A program made the position numbers and the translations under genes. Below are positions 8,424 to 16,797 of a DNA stretch of 64,000 nt, piece by piece. Source of the stretch: Candidatus Cloacimonadales bacterium (GTDB lineage Bacteria; Cloacimonadota; Cloacimonadia; Cloacimonadales; JAFGVF01); contig CAXXJV010000002.1 of the NCBI GenBank assembly GCA_963663475.2, forward strand, positions 1 through 64,000, given 5' to 3'. A model generated the notes under the pieces. It saw only the letters and a program-made list of their open reading frames with translations. It ran no database searches and was not told where the DNA came from. Numbering within the stretch: position 1 is the stretch's first letter; each line of letters opens with the position of its first letter.

Positions 8424-8692
8424 AGTTTAAACCTCGTATCAGCTCTTAGCTCATCAGCAATATAACTTAGTATATTGGCTACTTTAGAGGGTGGGAGCCC
8501 CTCGAACATGCTCTCAATCTTCTTGTGAGCCATTTCAAGGGTTAATTCTTTCTGTATCGTCACATCAACTTTACTTGTTGGATTATAAGCTGTCCCTGTT
8601 ATTTCGATTCCTAAATCTTCCAAGGCTTTAACTACTTTAGGTTCTCTTAATACACTATCACACTCTAAATGGATTATCACTCTAGGTTTCAT
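8420..8692 (-). CDS. Small protein paralogous to the transposase catalytic-core segment
   Basis: 22/38 gapless identity with transposase segment 12106-12219; AAGGAG RBS. Confidence 0.8.
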   Translation of the reverse strand: MKPRVIIHLECDSVLREPKVVKALEDLGIEITGTAYNPTSKVDVTIQKELTLEMAHKKIESMFEGLPPSKVANILSYIADELRADTRFKL

Positions 8693-8765
8693 CTTTTTCT
8701 CCTTTTTCCTTGACTTATTTGTTAATACTTGTATTTATTTGTAAATTTACCTTTAGGAGGAACCC

Positions 8766-9332
8766 ATGAAACAACATGAACTCAACCTAATGCGGGTTGC
8801 TGAAGCTATTACTAAACTATCTTCACTTCTATCTGAGAAGCAGGTGGAACATCTTTATCAATTATGTTTAGTGTCGGGCGAAACAGCTCTATTAGATTCT
8901 CTTGCCAAATATAAGCATACTGTCCGGTTTGTATTAAAGCTTTCATCGCTTCATCCAGATCACGTCGCAGAAATTCAAGCAAAGACTTCCTCTTCTCGCT
9001 TTGCTCAGCTGGTTCTTTACACAATCTGGTGCTTTCATTACACTTTCTCTGACCCTCTGACCCGGGTAAGAGACTTTGATCAAAGCTTTCAGAAAAATGC
9101 TCAAGAACTTCTAGAATATCAGAAGCACGAAATACATCTTTCATGGCTTCTGCTGTGGCCTTTTCATTCATTTTACAGCCCCTTTTTACTCCGTGTGTGG
9201 TCAAATATATTTCCGTACAATTACTGTAAGCAAGATATACCGAAAGAGTATCTCGAGAAATATGTAGATCCGAACCACTCAAAAAACTTTCCAGTTTTTC
9301 TACCTGTTTTTGGAAATCCTTATGATCATTAA
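8766..9332 (+). CDS. Moron-like hypothetical protein antisense to the early operon
   Basis: AGGAGG RBS, upstream TTGACT motif, 188-aa ORF. Confidence 0.6.
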   Translation: MKQHELNLMRVAEAITKLSSLLSEKQVEHLYQLCLVSGETALLDSLAKYKHTVRFVLKLSSLHPDHVAEIQAKTSSSRFAQLVLYTIWCFHYTFSDPLTRVRDFDQSFQKNAQELLEYQKHEIHLSWLLLWPFHSFYSPFLLRVWSNIFPYNYCKQDIPKEYLEKYVDPNHSKNFPVFLPVFGNPYDH

Positions 9333-9453
9333 CGATAAGTAAACTACCATGTATTAATAACATTATTTCATTTCTAAAATCTTCATATAAACATCTGGGA
9401 ACGCTTAAGATAGTCTTGTTTCCCTCTTTTCGTGCTTCTAAAAACTTAAACAT
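8812..9453 (-). CDS. Phage hypothetical protein overlapping 8766-9332 on the opposite strand
   Basis: AAAGGAGAAAAAGATG start context identical to that of the 8692 gene; 213-aa ORF. Confidence 0.45.
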   Translation of the reverse strand: MFKFLEARKEGNKTILSVPRCLYEDFRNEIMLLIHGSLLIVNDHKDFQKQVEKLESFLSGSDLHISRDTLSVYLAYSNCTEIYLTTHGVKRGCKMNEKATAEAMKDVFRASDILEVLEHFSESFDQSLLPGSEGQRKCNESTRLCKEPAEQSEKRKSLLEFLRRDLDEAMKALIQTGQYAYIWQENLIELFRPTLNIIDKDVPPASQIEVKIV

Positions 9454-9686
9454 CTTTTTCTCCTTTAATTAACTGGGAACGTGGGCATCCCTGCCCGCAT
9501 TCTCTTTAATTCTTAATTTCTTCTTGACTTATTTGTTAATATCTAAAATTGTATAAATGCGTATTCCAGTACGCTTTTCATATCCTTTCCACTCTCAAAC
9601 CTCTGTGAAACTCCTCTTAACCTCTGTGAAACTCTGTGTTAAGGGGTTTTTCTTCTTCGTGCCTTCGTGCCTTCGTGTGAAGCACT

Positions 9687-9917
9687 TCATTTCCTAACTC
9701 CTCTCTTCAAAGGCTTAACACTCACCGTTACCACGGCTTGGGCTTGGCCATCCCATCTCTCACCTTCTAAATCATAAATATTAGCTCTTTCTCCTAATCC
9801 TGTTTTCTCCACCAGGCACTCTTGGCCCATTTTCACTAAGATATCCTTATGATAATACCAGGTGCCATTACAGTATATACCGTCATTCTGTACTAATGCC
9901 TTATGCAAAGCAGCCAT
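9687..9917 (-). CDS. Stand-alone Mu-transposase C-terminal-like beta-barrel protein
   Basis: VQNDGIYCNGTWYY...MGQECLV...IYDLEGERW...A fits the Mu-transpos_C pattern. Confidence 0.6.
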   Translation of the reverse strand: MAALHKALVQNDGIYCNGTWYYHKDILVKMGQECLVEKTGLGERANIYDLEGERWDGQAQAVVTVSVKPLKRGVRK

Positions 9918-10142
9918 TTAGCACCCCCTATACTTCTGAATATTTCTCAATTTCTTAGCTTGAACTTTTATAAGCTTTAGCTTGTCTTGTGATTGGTTAA
10001 ACTTCTGCTTTAATTGATAGTTCTCACTCTTTAAAAGAAAGTTCTTCTCTTCTAATTCTGATATTCGGCCTGTTGAACCGAAAAATGATAAAGTAAGCAT
10101 TATTGCTAATACCATCGTGGTGAATAATAAAAATATAGTCAT
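9918..10142 (-). CDS. Membrane-anchored coiled-coil phage protein
   Basis: AAGGAG RBS before ATG 10142; one TM segment then heptad pattern. Confidence 0.55.
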   Translation of the reverse strand: MTIFLLFTTMVLAIMLTLSFFGSTGRISELEEKNFLLKSENYQLKQKFNQSQDKLKLIKVQAKKLRNIQKYRGC

Positions 10143-10216
10143 AATTTTACTCCTTTTTTTTCTTCGTGTCTTCGTGTCTTCGTGTGAGGAAATTCTCAAC
10201 TCTCAACTCTCAATTC

Positions 10217-10618
10217 TCAATTCTTCTCTGTGTTCTCTGTGGTGAGCCTCTTCAACTCCTCACTCCTAACTCCAGTCTCATCTCCCTTTAAAAACGATAT
10301 AGCAAACGCTAATTGCTTGTTATTCATTTGATATACACTTTGCTTTTTCCAACGCTTAAGAATACCTTTCAAGGTCTCCTTTTTATCATTATCTTTACAC
10401 AGATACTTCAAATATCTTACGGATTTACTGTCTGCCACAAATGCTTGAACCTGAAAAAGCTGGTTCAGGATTAGAGATAACTCCCGTCCTGAACAACAGC
10501 TTATCCTATCAAATCGAACCATGTTTAAACTACCTATCTGCTGATGAAGCTCTTCAGGTGTCCATCCCATGTCTTTACTTTTGTGCCAAATCAGCCTTAT
10601 TGCTGCTTTTCTTTCCAT
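10217..10618 (-). CDS. GemA/Mu gp16-like (DUF1018) protein
   Basis: RKAAIRLIWHKSKDMGW...SCCSGRELSLILNQL pattern and Mu-like context. Confidence 0.55.
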   Translation of the reverse strand: MERKAAIRLIWHKSKDMGWTPEELHQQIGSLNMVRFDRISCCSGRELSLILNQLFQVQAFVADSKSVRYLKYLCKDNDKKETLKGILKRWKKQSVYQMNNKQLAFAISFLKGDETGVRSEELKRLTTENTEKN

Positions 10619-10760
10619 TGGCTCTTTTCTCCTGACTGTTTTTCTCAAAGGTAGTGATTACCATTCCGCAATCATTACAGCGTCTTATTCGCATTACTCC
10701 ACTATCATTACACTCGGTCTTAATTACCTTTAACTTCCCATTACAGTACCTGCATAGCAT
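10575..10760 (-). CDS. Zinc-ribbon protein (Ogr/NrdR N-terminal-like regulator)
   Basis: CRYC...KVIKT...RIRRCNDCG...TTFE. Confidence 0.65.
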   Translation of the reverse strand: MLCRYCNGKLKVIKTECNDSGVMRIRRCNDCGMVITTFEKNSQEKRANGKKSSNKADLAQK

Positions 10761-10764
10761 TGCC

Positions 10765-11037
10765 TTAATTTTCTCCTATGGTTAATCGCCTCTTTGCCTT
10801 TACCTTGCCTTTAAGCCTTTGTTCAGCTTTCTTTAACCCGGATATCTCAAAGCGTCTTTGCTCAATTAAGCCTTTTATCTTTTTGATTCTCCTGGTTAAC
10901 TCCAATCTTTGTTGACCTAACTCACTCTCTTTCATTTTGAGATTGATCTTCTTCTTCTCTTCCTCATCCTGCTGAAGTAGCTTGTATAAATCACTTACTT
11001 CATCTTCCCATTCTTTTAATATTACTTCTAATTCCAT
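10765..11037 (-). CDS. Phage coiled-coil hypothetical protein
   Basis: AAGGAG RBS; charged heptad sequence; no Walker A motif. Confidence 0.6.
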   Translation of the reverse strand: MELEVILKEWEDEVSDLYKLLQQDEEEKKKINLKMKESELGQQRLELTRRIKKIKGLIEQRRFEISGLKKAEQRLKGKVKAKRRLTIGEN

Positions 11038-11050
11038 TCTCTTACTCCTT

Positions 11051-11249
11051 TAATTCCCCTCTGTGGAGGGGTGTCTTGGTATTTCCAAGGCGGGGTGGTT
11101 TCATCTTCTGTCGGACGGTGGACAGCTTGTCCGCCATTCTTCTCTTAATCGGGCGAAAGATGTTTCGCCCCTACATTTCTCACTCTTAATCACTCTATTC
11201 ACTGTTCAAATATCTCCTTACAAAGTCCCCTTTAGGGGTTTTAGGGGCT
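11051..11249. repeat. Mosaic of different short REP-like palindromes
   Basis: CCCCTCTGTGGAGGGG, GGACAGCTTGTCC, GGGCGAAAGATGTTTCGCCC and CCCCTTTAGGGG units; two recur at 4501-4540 and 5383-5411. Confidence 0.75.
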
Positions 11250-11250
11250 C

Positions 11251-13287
11251 TTACTCTCCACTTCCTCCCAATAAGGCACTAATTTCATCATCCAAATCAT
11301 TCACCTTACTATCCATCTTCCTAGTTAAACCACTCTTAACCTTAAGAACTGATACTTCTTCTTGTCGCATCTTCTCAGATACTTCTAAAGCTGAACCTGT
11401 CTTTTCATTGATGAATCGAATGATCTTATTGGGGATTAACATAGTTGCGTCTTTGATTTGTGATTTACTAAGCTCTTCAATTCTATTAAGATAAGATTTG
11501 ATAAATGGATAATCTTCATCATTAACCTTCAATAACTTGGTTCTCATGAGATTAAATCCTTGTACCATTCTTACTGCTTCCGGTTGTGAGAACTCTAAGA
11601 ATCCATAACCTATTTTCTCTTGTAAGAATATCTTGCCTAAATTCTCATTACCTATATATACATAACCCTCTCGAGGATCATTAAACTTTCTTCTTATATC
11701 TACAGGGGTTCCATTAGGTAACTGCATCAAACACTCTCCTAAATAGTAGAACTGCTCACCATCTATAGTAAATCTTACTCTACCACCCTGAACTACCCTG
11801 ACTTCTTTCTTGCCAAACCAGTAAGGAATATGGTCAATTACACTCATTGGTAACATTTCAGGCTTCCACCCTCTCTTTATCCAGGCATTCCACATATCTA
11901 CAGGAGTCATTTTTATCTTACCTCGAAAAATGCTAGGTCTCTGGGTATTCCAATGCTCTACATAATCTGCATAATCCTGTAAATACTCATCAAAATTTAG
12001 AAATACACGCCTGTCTGCATCATCTGGACGCTCAACTGTGTTGTGGTTAATATAAGAATCATACTTGCTATCAAGCTCCATCCTGTCATTGCCAAAACTT
12101 CGCTCTACATTAACCTTAGCTGTCGGATTGTAAGGAGTTCCTATTACTTCTATTCCTAACTTCTCTAAACCTTCAATCAATCCGCTTTCACGCATTCTTT
12201 TATCACATTCTAAATATATCTGCTTAGGAATACATCTATGCTTGATTATTCCATCTATTATAGCTGTCTTTATCTCAATAGAACCATATGTTTTGTCTGT
12301 CATGCACCAGCCCATTATCATATTAGTCTCTGGATCCAAGGAACGAATTACCTTTGGCCTGATTTGCCTGTCTTTTCCATCGTCATCTTTTCCCCATACT
12401 AATACATCCTGGTCATGATCATCTATCATCCATACAGTGTTAGGTGGGTTTATTCCTCGAGCATGACTCATACTGGTGTATAAATTACGCTTACGCTTTG
12501 GATACCACCTGAAATACCATCTATCACGAACAATCGATGTCTTTATCCATTCACGGACCAAATACTCACTTACATCTTCATATACTTCACCAGTCTCTGG
12601 ATCCATTAACTCTCCATTGACCGCCAATAGCTTCATGTCCTCGTATGCCTTCTGAACATTCCATTGAGGATGAGAAATAAGAATTGCCTGCAATAACTCC
12701 TGCATAAAAGTAGGAAGCTCTTTACGGCTTTTACCCCTATCTGCTCTTACCTTTCTCTTTAAATGACCCCTATTCCTATATCGGCTTACCCAACTATACC
12801 AGGTTCGCTCACTCATGAACTGCCTGACATATCCCAAAACTTGACTCTTCTCATCTCGACTTAAATTTAAATATGTCTCGATTAACTTGTCCCGCATTGA
12901 ACCAGATGTCCGCTTAATGAAAAAATCAGGACCATAATCTGATAATATCGGTGGAAGGGTTAAAGGTTGAATTTGGGATGCTTTATTTTTGTCACTCTGG
13001 TCTAAATTATTTTGGCACTCTGCTTGGCACTCTGATTTTTTTGAAGTGTCACTCTGTTGGCACTCTGATTTTTTTGAAGTGTCACTCTGTTGGCACTCTG
13101 ATTTTTTTGAAGTGTCACTCTGTTGGCACTCTGATTTTTCAATCCAAACATAAAGGACTTTCGTACCTACTCCATTAATATAAATTGTGTCATATTTTGT
13201 TGAATATATCCCCTTAGAAATTCTCCTTCTAAGAGTTCTTAAAGATATACCTAGTTCTTTAGCAGCTTCTTTAGTGGTGAGCCACAT
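11251..13287 (-). CDS. Mu A/TnsB-like DDE transposase with N-terminal HTH
   Basis: WLTTKEAAKELGISLRTLRR HTH; RADRGKSR; PNTVWMIDD; PKQIYLECD; PYNPTAKVNVERSF; C-terminal barrel. Confidence 0.92.
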   Translation of the reverse strand: MWLTTKEAAKELGISLRTLRRRISKGIYSTKYDTIYINGVGTKVLYVWIEKSECQQSDTSKKSECQQSDTSKKSECQQSDTSKKSECQAECQNNLDQSDKNKASQIQPLTLPPILSDYGPDFFIKRTSGSMRDKLIETYLNLSRDEKSQVLGYVRQFMSERTWYSWVSRYRNRGHLKRKVRADRGKSRKELPTFMQELLQAILISHPQWNVQKAYEDMKLLAVNGELMDPETGEVYEDVSEYLVREWIKTSIVRDRWYFRWYPKRKRNLYTSMSHARGINPPNTVWMIDDHDQDVLVWGKDDDGKDRQIRPKVIRSLDPETNMIMGWCMTDKTYGSIEIKTAIIDGIIKHRCIPKQIYLECDKRMRESGLIEGLEKLGIEVIGTPYNPTAKVNVERSFGNDRMELDSKYDSYINHNTVERPDDADRRVFLNFDEYLQDYADYVEHWNTQRPSIFRGKIKMTPVDMWNAWIKRGWKPEMLPMSVIDHIPYWFGKKEVRVVQGGRVRFTIDGEQFYYLGECLMQLPNGTPVDIRRKFNDPREGYVYIGNENLGKIFLQEKIGYGFLEFSQPEAVRMVQGFNLMRTKLLKVNDEDYPFIKSYLNRIEELSKSQIKDATMLIPNKIIRFINEKTGSALEVSEKMRQEEVSVLKVKSGLTRKMDSKVNDLDDEISALLGGSGE
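13024..13139. repeat. 33-bp tandem repeat (about 3.5 copies) in transposase linker
   Basis: TTGGCACTCTGATTTTTTTGAAGTGTCACTCTG x3 plus partial; encodes KKSECQQSDTS. Confidence 0.95.
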
Positions 13288-13465
13288 AATCCTCTACCTT
13301 ATTAATAGTGTCTAATGATACTCTTTCAAATTCTTCATTCTCTATTAAAGAAACTGTCCTCTGGGTTAATCCACATAGCAATGCAAACTGGCTTTGATTA
13401 AGTCTTTTTGCCGCTCTATAAATTCTTAACTGTTCTGCTACTTTTCTCTTTTCTGTTTTTTTCAT
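13271..13465 (-). CDS. Cro/Ner-equivalent XRE HTH regulator
   Basis: LNQSQFALLCGLTQRTVSLIEN; divergent from repressor. Confidence 0.8.
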   Translation of the reverse strand: MKKTEKRKVAEQLRIYRAAKRLNQSQFALLCGLTQRTVSLIENEEFERVSLDTINKVEDYVAHH

Positions 13466-13569
13466 TGACAGATCCTTTCTTTATTCTAATATAGAACTAA
13501 TATTAAAGTCATTGGCTATATTGTCAAGATTTATTTTGGATTTAAACTATATTTTTAAAGTAGGTGGCT

Positions 13570-14022
13570 ATGAATTTAAATGTAAGAGTAAGGGAGATAA
13601 GGAAATATCTACGTCTTACTCAGGTAGAATTTTCTTCAAAATTAGGGCTTAAACAAGGCTCAATTGCAGATTGGGAGAGGGGTAAATCGACACCTTCTAT
13701 AGAAACTTTAACAAATATAGCTGATAACTTTAATATTAATCTTCACTGGTTATTAACTGGTAAGGGAGAGATGTTTTTATCGGATAATAAAGAGTCCCAG
13801 GAGAAGAGGATAGATAATAGTGAGTTAATTAACTTAAGAAAACGTTATGATCAGCTGGAAAAGGTTTGTAATGACTTAAAAAAAAGCATTGATCAGTCTG
13901 AAAAAGAATGCTCTATCCTTTCAAACAAAAATCAAGAACTTAATCAAGAATTATTTACCAGGTTAAGAGAACTTTTAGAGTGTAAAGATTTGATTATTAA
14001 ACTACAAAAAAATAACTTTTGA
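13570..14022 (+). CDS. Prophage repressor, XRE HTH with coiled-coil C-terminus
   Basis: LTQVEFSSKLGLKQGSIADWERGKSTPS...INLHWLLTGKGEMF. Confidence 0.85.
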   Translation: MNLNVRVREIRKYLRLTQVEFSSKLGLKQGSIADWERGKSTPSIETLTNIADNFNINLHWLLTGKGEMFLSDNKESQEKRIDNSELINLRKRYDQLEKVCNDLKKSIDQSEKECSILSNKNQELNQELFTRLRELLECKDLIIKLQKNNF

Positions 14023-14026
14023 ATAA

Positions 14027-14151
14027 ACTAAACTGCAATTTAATTTCTAAATCCTAGAACTAAACTGCAATTTAATTTCTCAACAGTGTACTTTTGACTA
14101 AACTGCAAAATAATTTCTCATTCACTGCAATTTAATTTCAAAGTGCATACA
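14027..14151. repeat. Prophage end with four direct transposase-binding-like repeats
   Basis: ACTGCAA(TT/AA)TAATTTC core in units at about 14027, 14059, 14097, 14121; minus strand begins TGTATGCACTTTGAAATT at 14151. Confidence 0.8.
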
Positions 14152-14291
14152 TTAACTGTGATTATTCTATCTATGATAAACTGAAAAAAATGAATAATTA
14201 ATTAATTAAATTTTGTAATTATTCTAAAATACATTAACTTCTATATATAAGTATCGTTATACATATAAAATTAACTATATAAGGAGCTTTG

Positions 14292-16172
14292 ATGAAAAGA
14301 CTTGCAGAAATCCTTCTATCACAAGATAAGACACATGAAATTATGATGGGTAACTGGGGCTTAGTCCGGGCTATGATCGAGGCTAATGTAAGAGTAGTAA
14401 CTTCTTACCCAGGTTCTCCTACCCCCGAAATAGCAACTGCTATTGCTCAAATACCTAAAGAAGAAAGACCTTTTTATTTCGAATTTTCAGTTAATGAAAA
14501 AGTAGCAACTGAAGTAGCTTTTGGAGCTTCTATTAATGGACACCTCTCCTGTGTCTTTTTTAAGAGTGTAGGACTTAATGTCGCTGCTGATTCTCTGGTA
14601 CAACTTGGCTTAATGGAGCTAATTGGCGGAATGGTTATTATCCTAGGTGATGATCCAGGAGCTAACTCTTCTCAAAACGAACAAGATAATAGACACTTCG
14701 CTAAAATGTCTTATATCCCAATTTATGAACCTTCAACACCAACAGAAGCTTATCAAATGTTTAAAGAAGCAGCTAAAGTCTCTCAAGAAAGACAAATGCC
14801 AGTATTCTTACGCTTGACAACCCATGTCTGCCACTATAAAGAACTAATTGAATTTGATGCTTGGCACAAAGAAGAATTTGACCCAAGTCCTAAATTTAAC
14901 CCAGATAATGGACCTTACATCCCAATTACAACAACTGTATTCCCCCTTAAACGAAAAGCTCTGAAAAAACTGCAAGACTTCGGAAAATACGCAGATGAGT
15001 CTCCTTTAAACTTCATAAATAATAACAATAATGACAATATCGGTATTATCACTATGGGACTTCCTTATTATTCTCTTCTCGATGTAATGGAAGAAATGAG
15101 AGTTAAACCTGATATACTCAAACTTGGTATTGTCTATCCCCTTGCCAAAAACAAGATTATTGAATTTTTAAAGACTCATAAAGAAGTTAAAATTCTGGAA
15201 GAACTTGATGATGTGGTGGAAAGAGATATTAAAATGATTGCTTTTGATAATAATATTAATGTCAAAATTAGCGGGAAAGGCGATTTGTTAGACTGGGAAA
15301 ATGAGTACACTCCTGATAAGGTAAAAGATGTTCTTAGGAAACAATGGCCTAGTTATTTCCATCCACTTGAAAGTGATGATACAGATAAACCTCTCCTAAA
15401 TCCACGTCCAGCTCAAATGTGCCCTGGTTGTGGTCATAGATCAGCCTTCCATGCCATTAAAAAGGCACTAGGGGAGGACGATATCACTGTTGCTGATATT
15501 GGTTGCCACTCTCTTGGTTTCCTACCACCTTACCGAATGGGGCAAGCCCTCCTTTGTATGGGACATTCAAACGGTACTGCTGCTGGTTTATCACTTTTCA
15601 ATAAAACTAGGAAAGTTGTCTCATTTATAGGAGACTCAACCTTCTTCCATGCAGGCTTACCTGGTATAGTTAATGCTATTTTTAATAATCATAATCATAC
15701 TTTAATTATCATGGAGAATGGTACAACTGCTATGACAGGTCATCAAGACCATCCAGCAGTAGGTAAGAACTTCAATGAAGTTTCTGAGAAAATACCTGTA
15801 ATGGATATGCTCAAGGGAATGGGGGTTACTAATGTGAGAAGTGTTGATACTTATCAACAAGCAAAACTAACTCAAGCTGTTAAAGATGCTCTTGCTGAAG
15901 ATGGTTTTAATGTGGTTATTGCTAAACACCCATGTATGCTTAAGTTCACTAGAGAGTTAGCTAAAAAGAAACTGGGCAATCCTCCTAAAGTTAAAGTAAC
16001 TGCAAAATGTAATAGAACTTATGAATGTATTTCTGAGTTTGCTTGTCCTTCTTATCAAATAAATCCTGATGGCTCTGTTTGGGTGCAAGAAGACCTTTGT
16101 ATTGGAGATGGCTCATGTAAACAAACCTGCCCTAGTCAAGCAATTGAATCTAAATCTAAGGAGGAAAAGTAA
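14292..16172 (+). CDS. iorA: Indolepyruvate ferredoxin oxidoreductase alpha subunit
   Basis: SYPGSPTPEI, NEKVATE, SSQNEQDNR, RPAQMCPGCGHR, GDSTFFH, C-terminal ferredoxin cysteines. Confidence 0.92.
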   Translation: MKRLAEILLSQDKTHEIMMGNWGLVRAMIEANVRVVTSYPGSPTPEIATAIAQIPKEERPFYFEFSVNEKVATEVAFGASINGHLSCVFFKSVGLNVAADSLVQLGLMELIGGMVIILGDDPGANSSQNEQDNRHFAKMSYIPIYEPSTPTEAYQMFKEAAKVSQERQMPVFLRLTTHVCHYKELIEFDAWHKEEFDPSPKFNPDNGPYIPITTTVFPLKRKALKKLQDFGKYADESPLNFINNNNNDNIGIITMGLPYYSLLDVMEEMRVKPDILKLGIVYPLAKNKIIEFLKTHKEVKILEELDDVVERDIKMIAFDNNINVKISGKGDLLDWENEYTPDKVKDVLRKQWPSYFHPLESDDTDKPLLNPRPAQMCPGCGHRSAFHAIKKALGEDDITVADIGCHSLGFLPPYRMGQALLCMGHSNGTAAGLSLFNKTRKVVSFIGDSTFFHAGLPGIVNAIFNNHNHTLIIMENGTTAMTGHQDHPAVGKNFNEVSEKIPVMDMLKGMGVTNVRSVDTYQQAKLTQAVKDALAEDGFNVVIAKHPCMLKFTRELAKKKLGNPPKVKVTAKCNRTYECISEFACPSYQINPDGSVWVQEDLCIGDGSCKQTCPSQAIESKSKEEK

Positions 16173-16741
16173 TGTCTAATAATTTTAATATCCTAATAAT
16201 TGGTGTGGGTGGCCAAGGTATTGGTCTGCTTTCTGAAGCTATAATTCGTGCTGCCTATTATGCTAATCTGAATGCTAAAGGAGTAGATACTCATGGACTA
16301 GCCCAACGTGGTGGAACTGTTACTTCGCAAATTAGATTGGGAGATAAAGCATTTTCTCCGCTTATTCAACAAGGAAAAGCTGATATTGTTATTGCTTTAG
16401 AAAGACATGAAGCTCTTAGAGGTATGAATTCATATCTTAAAAATGAAGGAGATTTAGTCTTCTATGATGCAGTCTGGCAACCCTTAGATGTAAGAATGCG
16501 TCAAGCCCAAGAAACAAGCCTTGAAACAGTAGAAACTGAATGTAAGAGAAGACAAATCCAATATCATAGAGTATTTAAAGAAGATTTAACTAATTCAAAA
16601 ATGCAAAATGTAGTAGTTTTAGGATATATCTCTAAACATAATCTAATTCCTGGAATAAGTAAAGACAATTATCTAAAAGCTATAAAAGATTTGCTTAAAG
16701 GACATCTTCTAGAAGAAAATCTTAAAGTTTTTCAACAATAA
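16172..16741 (+). CDS. iorB: Indolepyruvate ferredoxin oxidoreductase beta subunit
   Basis: GVGGQG, HGLAQRGGTV; coupled to iorA. Confidence 0.9.
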   Translation: MSNNFNILIIGVGGQGIGLLSEAIIRAAYYANLNAKGVDTHGLAQRGGTVTSQIRLGDKAFSPLIQQGKADIVIALERHEALRGMNSYLKNEGDLVFYDAVWQPLDVRMRQAQETSLETVETECKRRQIQYHRVFKEDLTNSKMQNVVVLGYISKHNLIPGISKDNYLKAIKDLLKGHLLEENLKVFQQ

Positions 16742-16797
16742 TTGCTTAAATATTTAAACTTAACAGAGAAATGCTGGTCATTTCTCTGTTTTCTTTT

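Larger units (their letters stand above)
1..14151. mobile_element. Mu-like transposable prophage, one end (continues beyond the left edge of the window)
   Basis: DDE transposase, divergent XRE repressor/Cro pair, GemA-like, DUF3164, MuF and portal genes; terminal repeats ending in CA at 14150-14151; host iorA follows. Confidence 0.9.

Noticed and set aside
11063-11494. 143-aa + strand ORF
   Set aside because: Made of GC-rich palindromes plus transposase antisense; no RBS or recognisable motif
13024-13139. CRISPR or CIRCE element
   Set aside because: Head-to-tail repeats with no spacers inside a CDS; TTGGCACTC occurs as direct repeats, not the CIRCE inverted pair
2380-14151. Self-contained transposon from TGTA at 2380 to 14151
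   Set aside because: Flanking 5-mers differ (GAGAA versus TTAAC) and TGTAGGGGCGTATTGAATACGCC looks like a REP-type hairpin
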